From Eledone cirrhosa (lineage: Eukaryota): a stretch of DNA of 64,000 nt. Position 1 is the first letter of the stretch. The number at the start of each line of letters is the position of its first letter. This document shows, piece after piece, positions 38,470 through 52,679 of this stretch. The stretch covers positions 252,278,001-252,342,000 of the forward strand of contig OZ024742.1 of assembly GCA_964016885.1 (NCBI GenBank), written 5' to 3'. The position numbers were made by a program, and so were the translations under genes. A model generated the notes under the pieces. It was not told the origin of the DNA and did not search any database. It was given only the letters and a program-made list of their open reading frames with translations.

Positions 38470-41098
38470 CTTAATGCACACTACTGCCCTAATAAACGAC
38501 AATGACTTCCTAATCATTGCAGGAGACTTTAATTGACATGTTGGGAAACACTGTGATGACTTCTATAGAGTCCATGGAGGCTACTGATTTGGCACAAGAA
38601 ACGAAGAAGGCTTCAGGCTTCTAGAATTCTGCAACGCCAATGACATGTCGATATGTAACAAAAACTTCAAAAAACCTGACAACCACCTGATCAGCTATAG
38701 ATCAGGGAGGCATTCCAGTCAGACAGATTTTATCCTTATCAGAGGACGAGATAGATGGACGGTTGTAAACACAAAAGCCTTCCCTGGTGAGGATTGTACC
38801 TCTCAACATAACTTAGTTGTCAGCGACCTCATTGTCAGAACTAGAGGAACTTGGAAACAGAAGGCAACCCGGAGTAGAAAGATTTGGAAGCTGAAAGACC
38901 CCTCAGCCAGTAACAGATTTAAAGATATCTTACTTGATGCCTATGACAGTAAAGAAGAACAGATAGAGACATTCGATATAGAAGAGCATTGGGAATTCCT
39001 AAAAAATAACTTACTAAAGGCGACAGATGAGATCTGTGGCTGGAGCAAAGCCACAGAGAGAAGGAGAGTGACTTGGTGGTGGAACAATAAGGTAGATGAG
39101 GCAATTAAGGCTAAGAGACAGGCATGGAAACAATGGAAGAATGGGGGGAGCAGTGTACATTACATAGAGACCAGGAGGGAAGCTAGGCAACAACTATACT
39201 TAGCTAGAAGGGAAGTGGAGGATAACAAATTCAAGCATGTTTTGCAGTATGAGGACCAGAAACAGGAGATGTTTAGGATTGTGAGGCAGTGTATTAGAGA
39301 AAATTGTGATGTCATTGTTGAGAAGTGAGTCCAGGATGATAAAGGGGAGCTTGCCCTCACAAGTGCTGAGAAGAAAGATGCATGGAAGAGCCATTATGAA
39401 AGATTACTGAATGAGGAGAATGCATGGGAGAAAGAGACCCTATCCCAAGTGGACCCCATAGAGGGCCCAGCAATACAAGCCAGCAGCAGTGTAGTAAGTA
39501 AGGCAATTAAGGATATGAAGACTGGGAAAGCAACCAGTCCATCGGGTATAGCTGCCGAGATGCTGAAAGCATCTGGGTCGGTAGGTCACACCATAACCAC
39601 ACGAATTGTTAACCAAGTAATACTAGAGGGTGTCATACCAAATGATTGGCACAACAGCATCATTGTCAACAGCTACAAGGGTAAAGGAGATGCACTAGAT
39701 AGAGGAAACTATAGTGGTATAAAGCTGATGGACCAAGTCATGAAAGTAACAGAAAGATTTATAGAACAGCTGATTAGGGACCGGGTAAATCTAGATGAGA
39801 TGCAGTTCGGATATGTACCAGGGAAATCACCACAGATGCCCTCTTCCTGGCGAATCAGTTACAGGAAAAGTACCTAGCTAAAATTAAGCCACTCTACTTG
39901 GCATTTGTTGTTCTGGAGAATGCTTTTGACAGAGTGCCTCATGGCATAATCTGGTGGGGTTTTAGAAATCTAAGAGTAGATGAATGGCTTGTGAAGGCAG
40001 TACAAGCCATGTAAAAGGGATCAGTCAGCAAAGTTAGGGTTAACAATTACTATAGCGAAAAATTTAGCATACAGGTCGGTGTCCACCAGGGCTCTGTTCT
40101 TAGCCCTCTCCTGTTTATTATAGTATTGCAGGCTATAACAGAAGAGTTTAAGACCGGATACTCATGGGAACTTCTGTATGCGGATGATCTTACACTTATA
40201 GCAGGGCCTAGAAAGAAGGGGTCTCAAAGTCAACCTGACAAAGATTAAGGTTCTCATAAGTAGAAGAGAAAACAGAAACCATATCCCCTCAGAGAAATGG
40301 CCTTGCTCACTATGTAGGAAAGATGTAGGTAGAAATTCCATCCTCTGCCCCAAATGCAAACTATGGGTACACAAGAGATGTAGAGGGATCTCAGGAAGTT
40401 TAGCAAAGAGTGTAGGCTTTACATGTAGCAGTTGCACCGGGACAGTAAGCAGCAAATGACCACAGGAAACAAGGACTACCAAATTCTGGGAGGGCTTGGT
40501 AGAAACAGTAGACAGCTTCTACTACTTGGGTGACCAAATTAGCATGATTTGAAAGTACAATATCCAGGGTAAGAACGGGATGGAAGAAGTTCAGGGAGCT
40601 ACTACCACTGCTAGCGGCAAAAGGCTTTTCCCTCAAAATGAAAGGCAGACTGTATGATACGTGCATACGAACAGCAATGTTCCATGGTAGTGAAACCTGG
40701 GTGTTATGTGCAGAAGACTTGCGTAGCTTAGAAAGAAATGAAGCCTGCATGCTGTGATGGATGTGTAATAGTAATATACACAAACACCAAAAGATAAATG
40801 AATTGAGAGAGAGACTAGGCATAAGAGGAACAAATGCTGTGTGCAGGAGAGGAGATTACGTTGGTATGGACATTTGATGCACATTGTAAAGTGGTCGTGT
40901 AGGCGCCACAGTAAAAAAAGCCCCCAGTTCTCACTGTAAATGAGGTTGGTGTTAGGAAGAGCATCCAGCTGTAGAAATCAAGGCAAAATCAGTTCTGTAT
41001 GAGCAAGACATGGTCACCTGGATGGATATTTCTCACAACAGGACAACTCGTCTAACTCATGCTAGCGTGGAAGAATGGACATAAAATGGTGATGATGA
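38470..41098 (+). mobile_element. Decayed RTE LINE
   Basis: Fragmented endonuclease-RT-PHD ORF, YADD near 40176, 3' UTR and ATG tail. Confidence 0.95.
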
Positions 41099-41780
41099 TA
41101 AATCCATGATGTACAGATGTCTCTTTTGCAATCTTCTCATTTATCATTCTTTCTCCTTATATATATATATATATATATGTATAAAGGGATAAAGGGTAAA
41201 TACCTGCTTCTTTCATGAATGACCATGGGATTTGCACATAAAACATTCTCCAAGGTACAACTCCAGTCAAGGTTGTTTGTGGAAGACCAGCAGTCAGTCA
41301 TGCATATATGTGTATATCTATCTACCTATCTATTTATCTATATTATTTTACACGTTTTTATTGTATGTAAACTTCCCCCTTTGTATTTGTCCCCTTCTTT
41401 AGTGCCCCTGTGCCTAATAAAGAAACATATCTATTTATCTATATATATCATATATATATATATACCTCATATATAGCACAAAGCAACACAAAATAAAATT
41501 AAAATACTAAAATACCAGAGGCTCACCATACATCTCACAAAACAATACTAAGTTACACAAAACACATAGCACTCGCATAGAAAACAAGCCCCCAAGTCTT
41601 CTATTAAACCATCTCACATTTTAAAACTATAAAAATTTAAAAAAATGAAATAATTAAAAATCTAAAAATTATAAAAATCAGAGATACTGATGTACAGAGT
41701 CCAACAGGCTTCCTCAGGACACAACTGTCACCATCACTTTCTATCTTTTGTAACTATGGCAACTAAGTTATCTGTATTAT

Positions 41781-42260
41781 GCGGTGGATTGGCAGTACTG
41801 GTAGAGGGTCAGACGCCATGCTTTCCAGCATAGAGTTATGACCCTTTACGTACTGAGTTCAAATCCTGCCGAATTTAACTTTGCCTTTTATCCTTACGGG
41901 GCCGATAAAATAAAGTACCAGTAATGCACTGGGTAATTGCTGGCCTTGTGCCAAAAGTAGAAACAATTATTACTTCTGTGGTCTAATTATAGAGATATCT
42001 CCCCACCTCCCCAAATATCCATCAAACAACCTAGCTTACAACCCTGAATTTAATGGTTTCTGATTTCCGCACAAGGCCAACAATTTGGAGGGAAAGAGAA
42101 AGTTGATTAAATCAAACCCAGTATATTACTGGTATTCTATTTTATCAACCCCATAAGAATGAAGGCAAAGCTAACCTTGGCAGGACTTGAACTCAGAATG
42201 TAAAGGGACGTAACTCTATATCGCTAAGCAAGTTGTCCTATGCTCTACCAATTCTGCCAA
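41781..42260. mobile_element. Two SINE family A copies in opposite orientation (41781-41972 +, 42050-42260 -)
   Basis: Family A consensus motifs. Confidence 0.85.
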
Positions 42261-42400
42261 AATATATTGTTGTTTCATTTACTCCCCAACTCACAACCCA
42301 ATTGCACACTTGAAATAACACCAAACACCAAATTTCCTCAAAATAACTTTATGCATTACTAGGCATAATTAAAATGCTTAGTTAACTATTCTTTTTATTA

Positions 42401-43802
42401 ATGTATATACTCAAATACAGTGATACCTCACAGTACGAGTTTAATTCATTCACTGACCAAGCTCATTTTACAATTTACTCATTTTACAAATCAATTTTCC
42501 TCATTGAAATTAATTAAAATATACTTAATCCGTTCCAGCACCCCCAAACCATGCAAAAATATTTTTTTTATGGGTTTTAAAACAGAAAAGGTGCAGTTAC
42601 TAGGAAAATGACAATTATAAAACATAATAAAAGAGAATGCAAAAGAAATATGCAAACTGGTTTTATTAATTTTGAGGACAGATGTGCATTACTTGGAGTG
42701 CCTGGAGACACCCTTTACTGCTGTAACGGCCTTGAACTCATCCTTTTTCTTCAGGATAGTACAGATTGTTGACATGTTTTGGTTGTATTGATGTGCTATC
42801 TCCACTACACACACTCCACTTTCATGTTTATCAATGATTTCCTTCTTCAATTCTATTATAAAATAATTAGTTGTGTTAACCATGGATCCTAAGAAGGTTA
42901 GTGGAAAGGACAGTGCTGAGAAGAAAAAAAGGCTAATTACAATAGAATTGAAGAAGGAAATCATAATAATAGCATAAAATGCTCAAACTAAAACAAAAAA
43001 ATACTGGGAAAAACACAATAGGGATGCTGCTACAAGTCAAACACATGAACTGAGCGAGCAGAGGCTGCGCTTGTTGGGAGAATGTGTGCGAGCTCAGCAC
43101 CGACTAGCAATCACTTGTATGAAACTTGCTCGTGCTGTGGATTTTCACTCGCACTACAAGACAAAAATTTGCACGAGCCTCGGCTCATACAGCAAATTAC
43201 TCATACAATAGGGCACTACTACTGCAAGGCTCTACTGTATAAGCCAATCCGAATATAAGCCAACCCCATTTTGTGTCAGAGATGTGGGAAAAAATCCACT
43301 CCCCATGTATAAACCAAGGCATGTAATCAACACATTATGTTTAGATGGTGTGGTTTTGAAATTTTCATGAGTGGAGAATTTATTTATGAAGTTTTAGTAT
43401 TTTGATATTTTAAATGTTTTAAAATGTTTTAAGTTGTTTAGAGTATAGTTTTTGTTTCGCAACTCCATTATATAATTAGTTTTTACCAATTTCCAACCAT
43501 TTTGAAGGCCATGTTCATACAAAACAAATTTCACCTCCAAAATAAAAGCAGTGAAATTTCACTTCCAAAATAAAACTGGTGTAATATTCACCTCCAAAGT
43601 AAAACTGGTGTAATATTCACTTCCAAAGTAAAACAAATGTAATATTCACCTCCAAAGAGAAAATATTTTAGCACCTCATTTACATAGAATTTGAAGTTGT
43701 TGAAAATTAGCAAAATATTGACATCGATTATATGCTGACCCCTCATTTTACCATTGATTTTCTTTGTCACATATTTCTTGGCTTATACATGAGTATATAC
43801 AG
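42401..43802. mobile_element. pogo-type non-autonomous element whose left TIR is split by a Tigger
   Basis: atgtatatactcaaa(ta)...taagccaa versus ttggcttatacatgagtatatacag|ta; ~29-bp tandem repeats at 43530-43640. Confidence 0.65.
42418..43237 (-). mobile_element. Tigger/pogo deletion derivative
   Basis: TA|cagtgatacctcacagta..tactgcaaggctctactg|TA; HTH IELKKEIIDKHESG..STICTILKKK. Confidence 0.8.
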
Positions 43803-44914
43803 TATATCCTTGCTTCATCATTTATTCTATCAGATTATTCACTTTTTCTATTAAAATATTGACTTATTATTCTACCATACTTTATCATTTGACTAGAAAA
43901 ATATATTGTATCCTAATTTTTCTGGAGTACAACATGATGCATGAAACATTAGTGTCACTGAAAATTAAAATCATGTGTTTTATAATAAACATTAGTGCTA
44001 TTTTCTACTGTAACATCTAAATAATTCACTGTTTTTAATATCAAAGCCACTTTTGTTCACTTCTAAATCACTAGGATAAATTTTATTATGTAAATATTAA
44101 AAAAACAACATAATTAAGAACAAATATGTCATCCATATATCTACAACATGCTCTTAGCTGTTAGATTAAATCTATCTTTTTTTGTTTTGTTTGCAAAAAC
44201 CATTAAAGAAACTAAACTCATGAAAAGATAAATACTAGTTAGCAATAAAGTTTTAGTGATCTCCCATCATCATCATCGTCATCATCATCAACAACATTTT
44301 ATTACTTTGCTTTCCACACTGGCATGGGTTGGACAGGTTGTCATGGTCTGAAACCAGAGCAGATTGACCCATCTTACTCATATATCTCATATTTGGCATG
44401 GTTTCTATTTTATTCTATAATCTGGCCTTGTGCCTAAAGTGGAAACAATTATTATAAATAAAAAAAAAATAATAATCAAATTCAGAAACTGTTATTGTTC
44501 TTACTAGAACTCAAGAGTGGAATTTCCACTGACTGCATTGCCTGCCAGGTGGAGGGCAGTGAGTGCCTGGCAACATTTCAGAGTGTCCCTGGCATCTGGA
44601 ATGTTACCAGGTGCTCACTGCCCTCCACCAGGCAGGCAATGCGGTCTGTGAAAATTCCACTATAGAGAATTAGTGGTGGGCAAATGCGACAATACTCTTG
44701 GAGAGGCTCTGGGCATTGAGGAAATCAAACTGACCAGTCTGTTCAGGAGGACTTTTGGGTGAAGGACTATGGATAACTTCCAGAAACCCTTCACTTCGCA
44801 GTGTTACCAAGGGGCACTGCTGGGTTGATTTAATCAATTTTCCCCTACCCACCTATGTGTGTGTGTTTGTATATGTTTATATATAATGTTTATAGTATAT
44901 TATGTACATGGTTA

Positions 44915-45100
44915 TAATAATTGTTTCTACTTTTGGTACAAAGCCAGCAATTACCCAGTACATTACTGGTACTTTATTTTATTGACCCCGTAAGGATGAA
45001 AGGCAAATTCAACCTCGGCGGGATTTGAACTCAGACCATAAAGGGCCGTAACTCTTTGCTGCAAAGCATGGCTTCCGACGCTCTACCAATACTGCCAATT
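44915..45100 (-). mobile_element. SINE family A
   Basis: Family A consensus motifs. Confidence 0.85.
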
Positions 45101-45604
45101 GTATATATATATAGATGCATAAACACACACAGACACACATATATATATACATATACATAATTATCGGTGTGAGTAATTTAAATGCATAATACCAAATTTT
45201 CTCCATTTAAATGCTTGTTTTTCCGTCTTTTTAATTTTTCATTAATTATGAAATAATGAAAGTGTTAAATTCAATTTCATTTTTTAATGTGTGTTCAAGA
45301 GTTTTAAATTTTAATTAGCTGAAAGGATCATCAAAATTTATGTCACTGAGTTTGCTGATCTGGTATTTGATATTTGCATATAATGGTACAATAACAGAGC
45401 CCAAATCAAAAGATTGGTTGTCAACAAAATAAATATTCACTAAATATTGTTGATTACAGAAATTATTTAATGATGTTCAAATAATAACAAAATTGTCAGG
45501 GAAATTGGTTTTCATTAGGGGTAAAAAAAAAAGAAAAATTTATAAAAGAAAATTCTGAATTTAGTGTTAAACTGCACTGCTGCGACGATTTGTTCCTCCT
45601 CCTC

Positions 45605-45636
<32 letters not shown>

Positions 45637-45640
45637 GCTC

Positions 45641-45674
<34 letters not shown>

Positions 45675-45813
45675 GCTGCTGTCACTATTAATATTAATAC
45701 TAATACTACTAGCACAACCACCAACAACACTACTTCCACTCCTACTACTATTGATTGGGTTGGTGGTCGTGGTCATGGTTGACCACGACCACCAACCCAA
45801 TCAATACCACCAA

Positions 45814-45864
<51 letters not shown>

Positions 45865-45870
45865 AACCAC

Positions 45871-47447
45871 CAGTGGTGGACTGGGTCTAAATATATTGGT
45901 TGCCAGGAGATAAAGGGCGCCCACCCACATATAGAATGCTATCATTTAATTTTTATAATGAATCAATAACATTTTTTTAAAATACACAAGTGAAAACAAA
46001 ACAGTGTAATCAAATTTTTGCGGAAACAAATGTGTATTTTTTACTATAGTGTATATATAGTGTACATATTACTGGCAATATACAGTAATACTAAATGTTA
46101 ACACAGAATGTTATAATTGAATTTTAAAATAATTGTGAAAGTATAGTGTACTGTTATTTAGAGTAGAGTATGCAAGTGACCGTTCTTACCTTCTCCAATA
46201 AAAAACATAAAGTACCTTGCGAAATATACACATCCAGAGACTTTTAATAATTGTTTCTACTTTTAGCACAAGGCCAGCAATTATCCCAGTGCATTACTGG
46301 TACTTTATTTTATCGACCCCGTAAGGATGAAAGGTAAAGTTAACCTCGGTGGGATTTGAACTCCGGCCATAAAGGACCGTAACTCTATGCTGCAAAGCAT
46401 GGTCTCCGACTCTCTACCGATACTGCCAATCCACCGCCCTTAATAATGGTTTCTACTTTTGGCACAAGGCCAGCAATTATACCAGTGTATTACTGGTATT
46501 TTATTTTATCGACCCCATAAGGAGGCACATGGCTTAGTGGTTAGAGCATTGGGCTTGCAATCGAAAGGTTGTGAGTTCAATTCTCAGACCGGGTGATGTG
46601 TTGTTTCCTTGAGCAAGACACTTTATTTCACATTGCTCCAGTTTACTCAGCTGTAGAAATAAGATGATAGGGACTGGGGTCCCTATCATTCCACTGCAAA
46701 GTGGTCGTGTAGGTGCCACGGCAAAAAAAGCACCCAGCACTCACTGTAAATGAGGTTGGTGTTAGGAAGGGCATCCAGCTGTAGAAATCAAGCCAGAATC
46801 AGTTCCCGTCCCACCCTTGCAAGCAGGGAAAAGCGGACGTAAAATGAAATGATGATGATGATGATGAAAGGCAAAGTTAACCTCGGCGGGATTTGAACTC
46901 AGATCATAAAGGGTCGTACATCTGGGAGTGTGTGTATGTGTGTACATTTATAAGTGTATATACAGATTTATATAAATGTTTACATACATTTTTCAGCTCA
47001 TACAAACATTCTCCCTAGGGACTTTAAACTGAAGAACTGACCACTAATTGATTTTAGATATTATGTCTTTAACCCATTGATATAAAAATTATTTGAACAG
47101 CATATATAAATACATATATGTGTGTGTGTGTGTCCATGTATGTACGTATGCATGCATGAATGAATACAGTAAGCTATAAATTCAGACAACCAGTGATTCT
47201 AACTTACCACTATCATATATTTTGGTTTCCATTAATTCCCCAGGGAATTGTTTGACCAAATGCTTTGCTTATTTGATTATTTTTTTTTTTTTTTAAATTC
47301 ATTCTTTCTCTAACATTTTTTTTTTGAAGATATCTTTTGAAAGCAAAGCATTAATTAACCTCTAAAATACTACAGTGGGCCCCTTCAGTTTTACTGTAGG
47401 CCCCCTGGGGCCACTTGCCATTGCGCAACCTGGCCAGTCCGCCACTG
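45871..47447. mobile_element. hAT-type non-autonomous element containing nested SINEs
   Basis: TIR cagtgg(t/c)ggactgg; 8-bp flanks acaaccac / acaacaac; splits a (CTA)n tract; SINE A copies at 46245-46918. Confidence 0.7.
46521..46863 (+). mobile_element. SINE family B (tRNA head, RTE-derived 3' end)
   Basis: tggcttagtgg A box, gttcaattc B box; tail ggtgttaggaagggcatccag..(ATG)n shared with the RTE 3' UTR; splits a SINE A copy. Confidence 0.9.
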
Positions 47448-47474
47448 ACAACAACAACGACAACAATTACTACA

Positions 47475-47508
<34 letters not shown>

Positions 47509-48029
47509 ACAACACAACCACCAATGTGAGGGCTTCTACACAGTGGCTCAACTGGCTAAAAATTATCTTTATTCTTATACCTCAAATGCACACATTGATG
47601 TAGCACTCCACTCCACCAGACAATTTCTTTGATATGAAGTAGACCAAAATAGCATTTTACTATACTCATATGTACCTCCAGATCAGGGTTTATTATAAGA
47701 ATGTTTTCGAACTGCACTAATCTTTGATGTAGGTGCCATGACTCAGTATTTGATATTCTCTGAATCCGAGAAGGACATGTGATGTAATGGCTATATTTAA
47801 CATATATGAATGTTTCAAGTCTTTAAACCATCATTTACTATGTAAGCACATATAGTATTTTACACAAAATGTAAACTTATTTCACAAATTAGATTTAGAA
47901 CTATATAAGCATTGAGTTAACTGCATATTAAAATAAACATTGATCCAGATCACACCTAATACTCATCATATCCGTAACCATCTGTTAGCCATATTTGCCT
48001 TAATTGTAAATGTGGAATTTCAATTTTAA

Positions 48030-48937
48030 CACTTTAGCATTTACATTACTCTAAATTAACCATCTTGCCAACAACAACCCTGAGCACCTTTTTAATTTCC
48101 ATGTGTCTAACACACATGGCTACCAAGTTAGAAAATAGTACAGCTCCCATGACTTTTGGAAACATTTTTTCATGCTCAGAGTTGTCGAAGCATGGAACAA
48201 ACTACCTGCATCAGTTGTTAGCTGTTGAGATACTGCATCATTTAAAAGCTCCATGCTTCCTGAGATTTGCCAACACTACACCTGATGTCCCCCCTCCATA
48301 CACATACACACATGTATTTCATGACTCATACACTGTTCATTTTCCTGACATTTGTACATTATTCTATGTACTATACATGCACCTTTGATGAGTTGTAGTG
48401 CACCTAAGCACTGTACACAATCATTTCATTATTATGTGTGAATGGGCCTACTCTGTCCATGCACCTATAGGCTAGCTAATTTGAGGAGGAGAGAGTCTGC
48501 TCTCCCCCAGGTGCCCTAGAAGTGCAGGGTGGTTCAGGATTTGTGGGGTACCTGAGTCACCCCTGAGTCGCCCCCCCCCCCCTAAAGGGGAATTTATTTT
48601 GTTATATTTATACATAGTTTATTTTATATTTTTATATCTTCATTGTTAAATTAGTCTTGCCATTGTGCACTTTTACTTGACCTTATTGTAAACCCCCACT
48701 GTCTGTGTCTTTGTATTGTACACTACACGTTGGCCCTTGTGGTCAATAAAGAAACCTTTATTATTATTATATACTATTACATTATTGTGGTAAAGACTTT
48801 TGAATCTATGAGATTTTGATATTATTTATTTTGAGAACAATAACTTAATATCAGTATGAGGGGCCAATTACGACCAGTTTGAACAGAAAGAGGTGAGAAT
48901 ATTCTAGCCAGATACAGCCAGTTTAAATGCTAAAGGG
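48030..48937. mobile_element. piggyBac-type MITE with nested CR1/L2-like 3' fragment (48055-48435)
   Basis: TTAA|cactttagcattta..taaatgctaaaggg|TTAA; inner KHFFMLRVVEAWNKLPASVV. Confidence 0.7.
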
Positions 48938-49788
48938 TTAAGTTTACAACCAGTCTAACTTAAATAACTAGTTTCATACTTGAAAAATTTTAAATCTTAA
49001 GGATATAGACTTTTAAATATTTCATGACAAATTAGTAGTTGCTATCATCACTGTACCACCCATGCTATTAGAGGTCACCTCTTTTCCCCTCTTACTCATC
49101 ACTTTCTAAATATCACCACTCTACAACATTTGTTGTGTACCCATGACATGTTTATCATCCTTCTAACATTTGATGATGATAACTTTATGTCAAGTTACAT
49201 TTGGAGATAAAGTTTTATCTCTGGGTTGTTCAATAAATGACCAGACTGGCACATACATTAATACTACATTCATGTATAATATAAGTATAATATGTGATAA
49301 TAAAATAAGATATTTGTATGTTTATATGTATGTCACCTTATCACAGTAACAGGCTGAACACAAAAGGTCAATATTTAATCTCTGCATATACATGAAGAAG
49401 AATACAAGTTAGATTTAAAGCTGCAATACCTTAAACATGAGACTGTGAAGACAATTCGTTTTAAAATGTAAAATGTCAAAATTATAATTATATTAATATC
49501 AGAAAACCTAACTCTAGAAAAATAAACAATTTACATATACAACTTACAGAACCAAAAGATCTGAAGTAGATCCAAGTTTCTGGTGGGACTAGTCAGAAAT
49601 CCAAAGATTTAGACTTGATTCTCAATTTCACTTCCCTAAATACATTTAATAATGGTTTCTACTTTAGGCACAAGACTAACAATTTGTGTGGAAGGGAAAG
49701 TTGATAACATTGGCTCCACTACATTACTGGTACTTTATTTTATTGATCCTGGAAGGATGAAACGTAGAGTAGACCTCAGTGGGATTTC

Positions 49789-49855
<67 letters not shown>

Positions 49856-49858
<3 letters not shown>

Positions 49859-51465
49859 TCATCATCATCATCATCATCATCGTTTAACGTCCCTGTTCCA
49901 CGCTTGCATGGGTTTGGATGGGGGTTTTCCCACTTGAGGCAAGAGTGGTTGTCTTGCTCGCATAGGACTGTCTGGCGGGTTTTCTACAGCTGGATGCCCT
50001 TCCTAACACCAAACACATTTACAGTGTGGGGCTGGGAGGTTTTTACCGTGTTGCCTACATGGCCACATTACAGCGTGGACTGTCTGGCGTGTTTTCTACA
50101 GCTGGATGCCCTTCCTAACACCAACCACATTTACAGTGTGGGACTGGGAGGTTTTTACTGTGTTGCCTACACGGCCACATTACAGCGTGGACTGTGTGTT
50201 TTTTTGTCGTGACACCTACACGATCTCGTTTGTTTCGGCCTGGATGTTGTGGCACCAACATAACTTTGCATTGAAGGGAGCAATGTGGATGGGGTGGGAC
50301 GGGGGTGTATTTTGTTAGAGATGCCTACTGACTAGTAGGTTTTACTTTGTATTTAGGTAAGGCGGGTCTTCTCTGTTACTGAGTACCGCCAGAGGTCTCG
50401 GTCCAGTGACATTGTCTTGGAGAGGTGTAAGTGTGTGAGGTTGGAATTTATCAGCTCGTCCCAGGTTTTCCTGGGTCTGCCTACTCCGTGGCTACCATCT
50501 ATCTTTATTGCCCTGCACTTTGTTATACAGCTGTCGTCTTTCATGCGCATCACGTGACCATACCAACGTAGCCTTCTCTCGAGTAAACAACATCTGATCC
50601 CTCTTATTTCTAATTTTTTCCTTAGTTCGTTTATGCTTTGCCGTTCACGTATATTACTATTACACATCCAGCGGAGCATGCAAGCTTCGTTCCTCTCTAG
50701 TCTGCGTATATCCTCTGCACACAATGCCCAGGTCTCACTGCCATGCAACATTGCTGTTCGTATGCAGGCATCATACAACCTGCCTTTCATTTTTAGGGAG
50801 AACCCTTTAGCGGCTAATAGTGGTATAAGCTCTCTGAACTTTTTCCATCCAGTTCTGACTCTAGCTACTGTACTTTCAGAGCACCCTCCCCCACTGCTGA
50901 TTTTGTCACCCAGGTAACGGAAGCTGTCCACTATTTCTATAGAACCCTCTGCACAATTGAAAGAGTTAGTATTTTGTGGGCACTTGCTGCTACTTATTGC
51001 ACCAGAGCACCGGCCACATGTAAAATCTGTGTTCTTAGTTAGCTTACCTGTGATCCCACTACATCTTTTATGCACCCATACTTTGCATTTGGGACATAAA
51101 ATGGAGTTTCTACCTACGCCTTTCCTACACACTGAGCATGGCCATTTCCCGGAGGGGACTGGCGCCTTATTTTCTTTCCTACAAACTAGAACTTTAGTCT
51201 TAGCCAGGTTAATTTTAAGACCTTTTGATTCTAGGCCATGCTTCCATGTTTGGAATTTCTTCTCTAGCTCGGCCATTGATTCAGCTATGAGCGTTAGATC
51301 ATCTGCGTATAGGAGTTCCCATGGGCAGCCGGTCTTGAACTCCTCTGTTATAGCCTGAAGGGCAATAATAAATAGTAGGGGGCTAAGAACAGAGCCCTGA
51401 TGGACACCAACTTTTACGCTAAACTCTTCACTATATTCGTTATTAATTCTAACCTTGCTGACTGT
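49856..51465 (-). mobile_element. 5'-truncated RTE LINE, close relative of 20814-24403
   Basis: ORF 50353-51276 nearly identical to the C-terminus of the long copy; ~112-bp tandem duplication in the 3' UTR (49965-50195). Confidence 0.96.
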
Positions 51466-51930
51466 TTATATATATATAGTGAAAGATTGAAGAGTAACAT
51501 GGTTGGCTGTACAACAAGGGGCTTTATTTCAGGTATTAACAATTGTTTCATTGATCAGGTGTGTCTAACCTGCATAGGAATTACCGCAAACTCGCTGCCT
51601 AACTATGGAAACATCTTGTTGAGTCAAACAAAGCCGTACGTTAAAACTATCCATGACACAGAGTACTCACAACCTCTAACTGGATTACCTATAACGATAA
51701 CTTGTTATCCCATATATATATATAGTAAAGCAATGGAGTAAAGGACTCGCGTTATAACCCTGTAATTTAATTATCCTTTTAATTATAATGTATTTCCAAA
51801 ATCTCTTGTAGCATATATGTTCTTCACACTAGTGGTCTAATAGCTCCTGTAAATGAAAACACACTCTCCTGTGTTTTCCTCTCTATATTATATATATTAT
51901 ATTATATATATTATATATATATATTATATA

Positions 51931-52006
<76 letters not shown>

Positions 52007-52137
52007 GTGAGGTTTTTTTTACAAATTGAAAAATGTCCGAGGTGTCCTACACGAATGAAAGTATAAAGAAAAAGAGATGAAATCGAAAATGCAACTGGAG
52101 TCTTATTTTTAAAAAAAATATATATATTTATTTGGTT

Positions 52138-52175
52138 CCTTTACCGGTTTCGCAGTTCTTCTGCTTTTCAAAAGG
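52138..52175 (-). ncRNA. Minimal hammerhead with U3-A8 core variant
   Basis: cctt TTGAAAA GCAG aagaa CTGC GAAA ccgg TA aagg; palindromic ACCGGT stem III, GUA site. Confidence 0.78.
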
Positions 52176-52679
52176 TAAGTTGAGATGGAGGGTCTGTGGT
52201 TTTTCTCACATCTGGTTGGTCTCTGAATGTTACTTGTTTTATATGGAAAAAGTGGCTCAAAATGCCAGGTTTTTCGAGAAGTAATTTGATTGGTTTGTCA
52301 ATAATTATAATAAATTTCGCGCCAGTTCGCGTTACAATAGTTCTTCGTTCTTCAAATAAGAGGGGGGGGGGGGGGTTGTCACAGGTTGTTTTTTCATATA
52401 TGAGTGTTTGAATTTCTTTTTACTTGAAAAAAGGGGCTCACGAAGGCTTTTTTTTGGTTGGTTATAAATGAAATTATGGCTGTCACGTGAACAAGTTTTC
52501 ATTAAATTTTCATGCCCTTATTTGGAAATCCGTTCTGTAGCGTTTTTAGAGAATTTTATGATAATTGAAAGATAATGGTCAAGAGAAAGGGATGGGAGAA
52601 TTGTTCTGGTTCAGTGAATATGGTTAGTTCGCTGGGGTGTCAGAATTTAGATTTTCTATTGAATAAAGAAAGTAAAGAT

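Noticed and set aside
46521-46592. tRNA gene
   Set aside because: tRNA-derived SINE head continuing into a SINE body and RTE tail.
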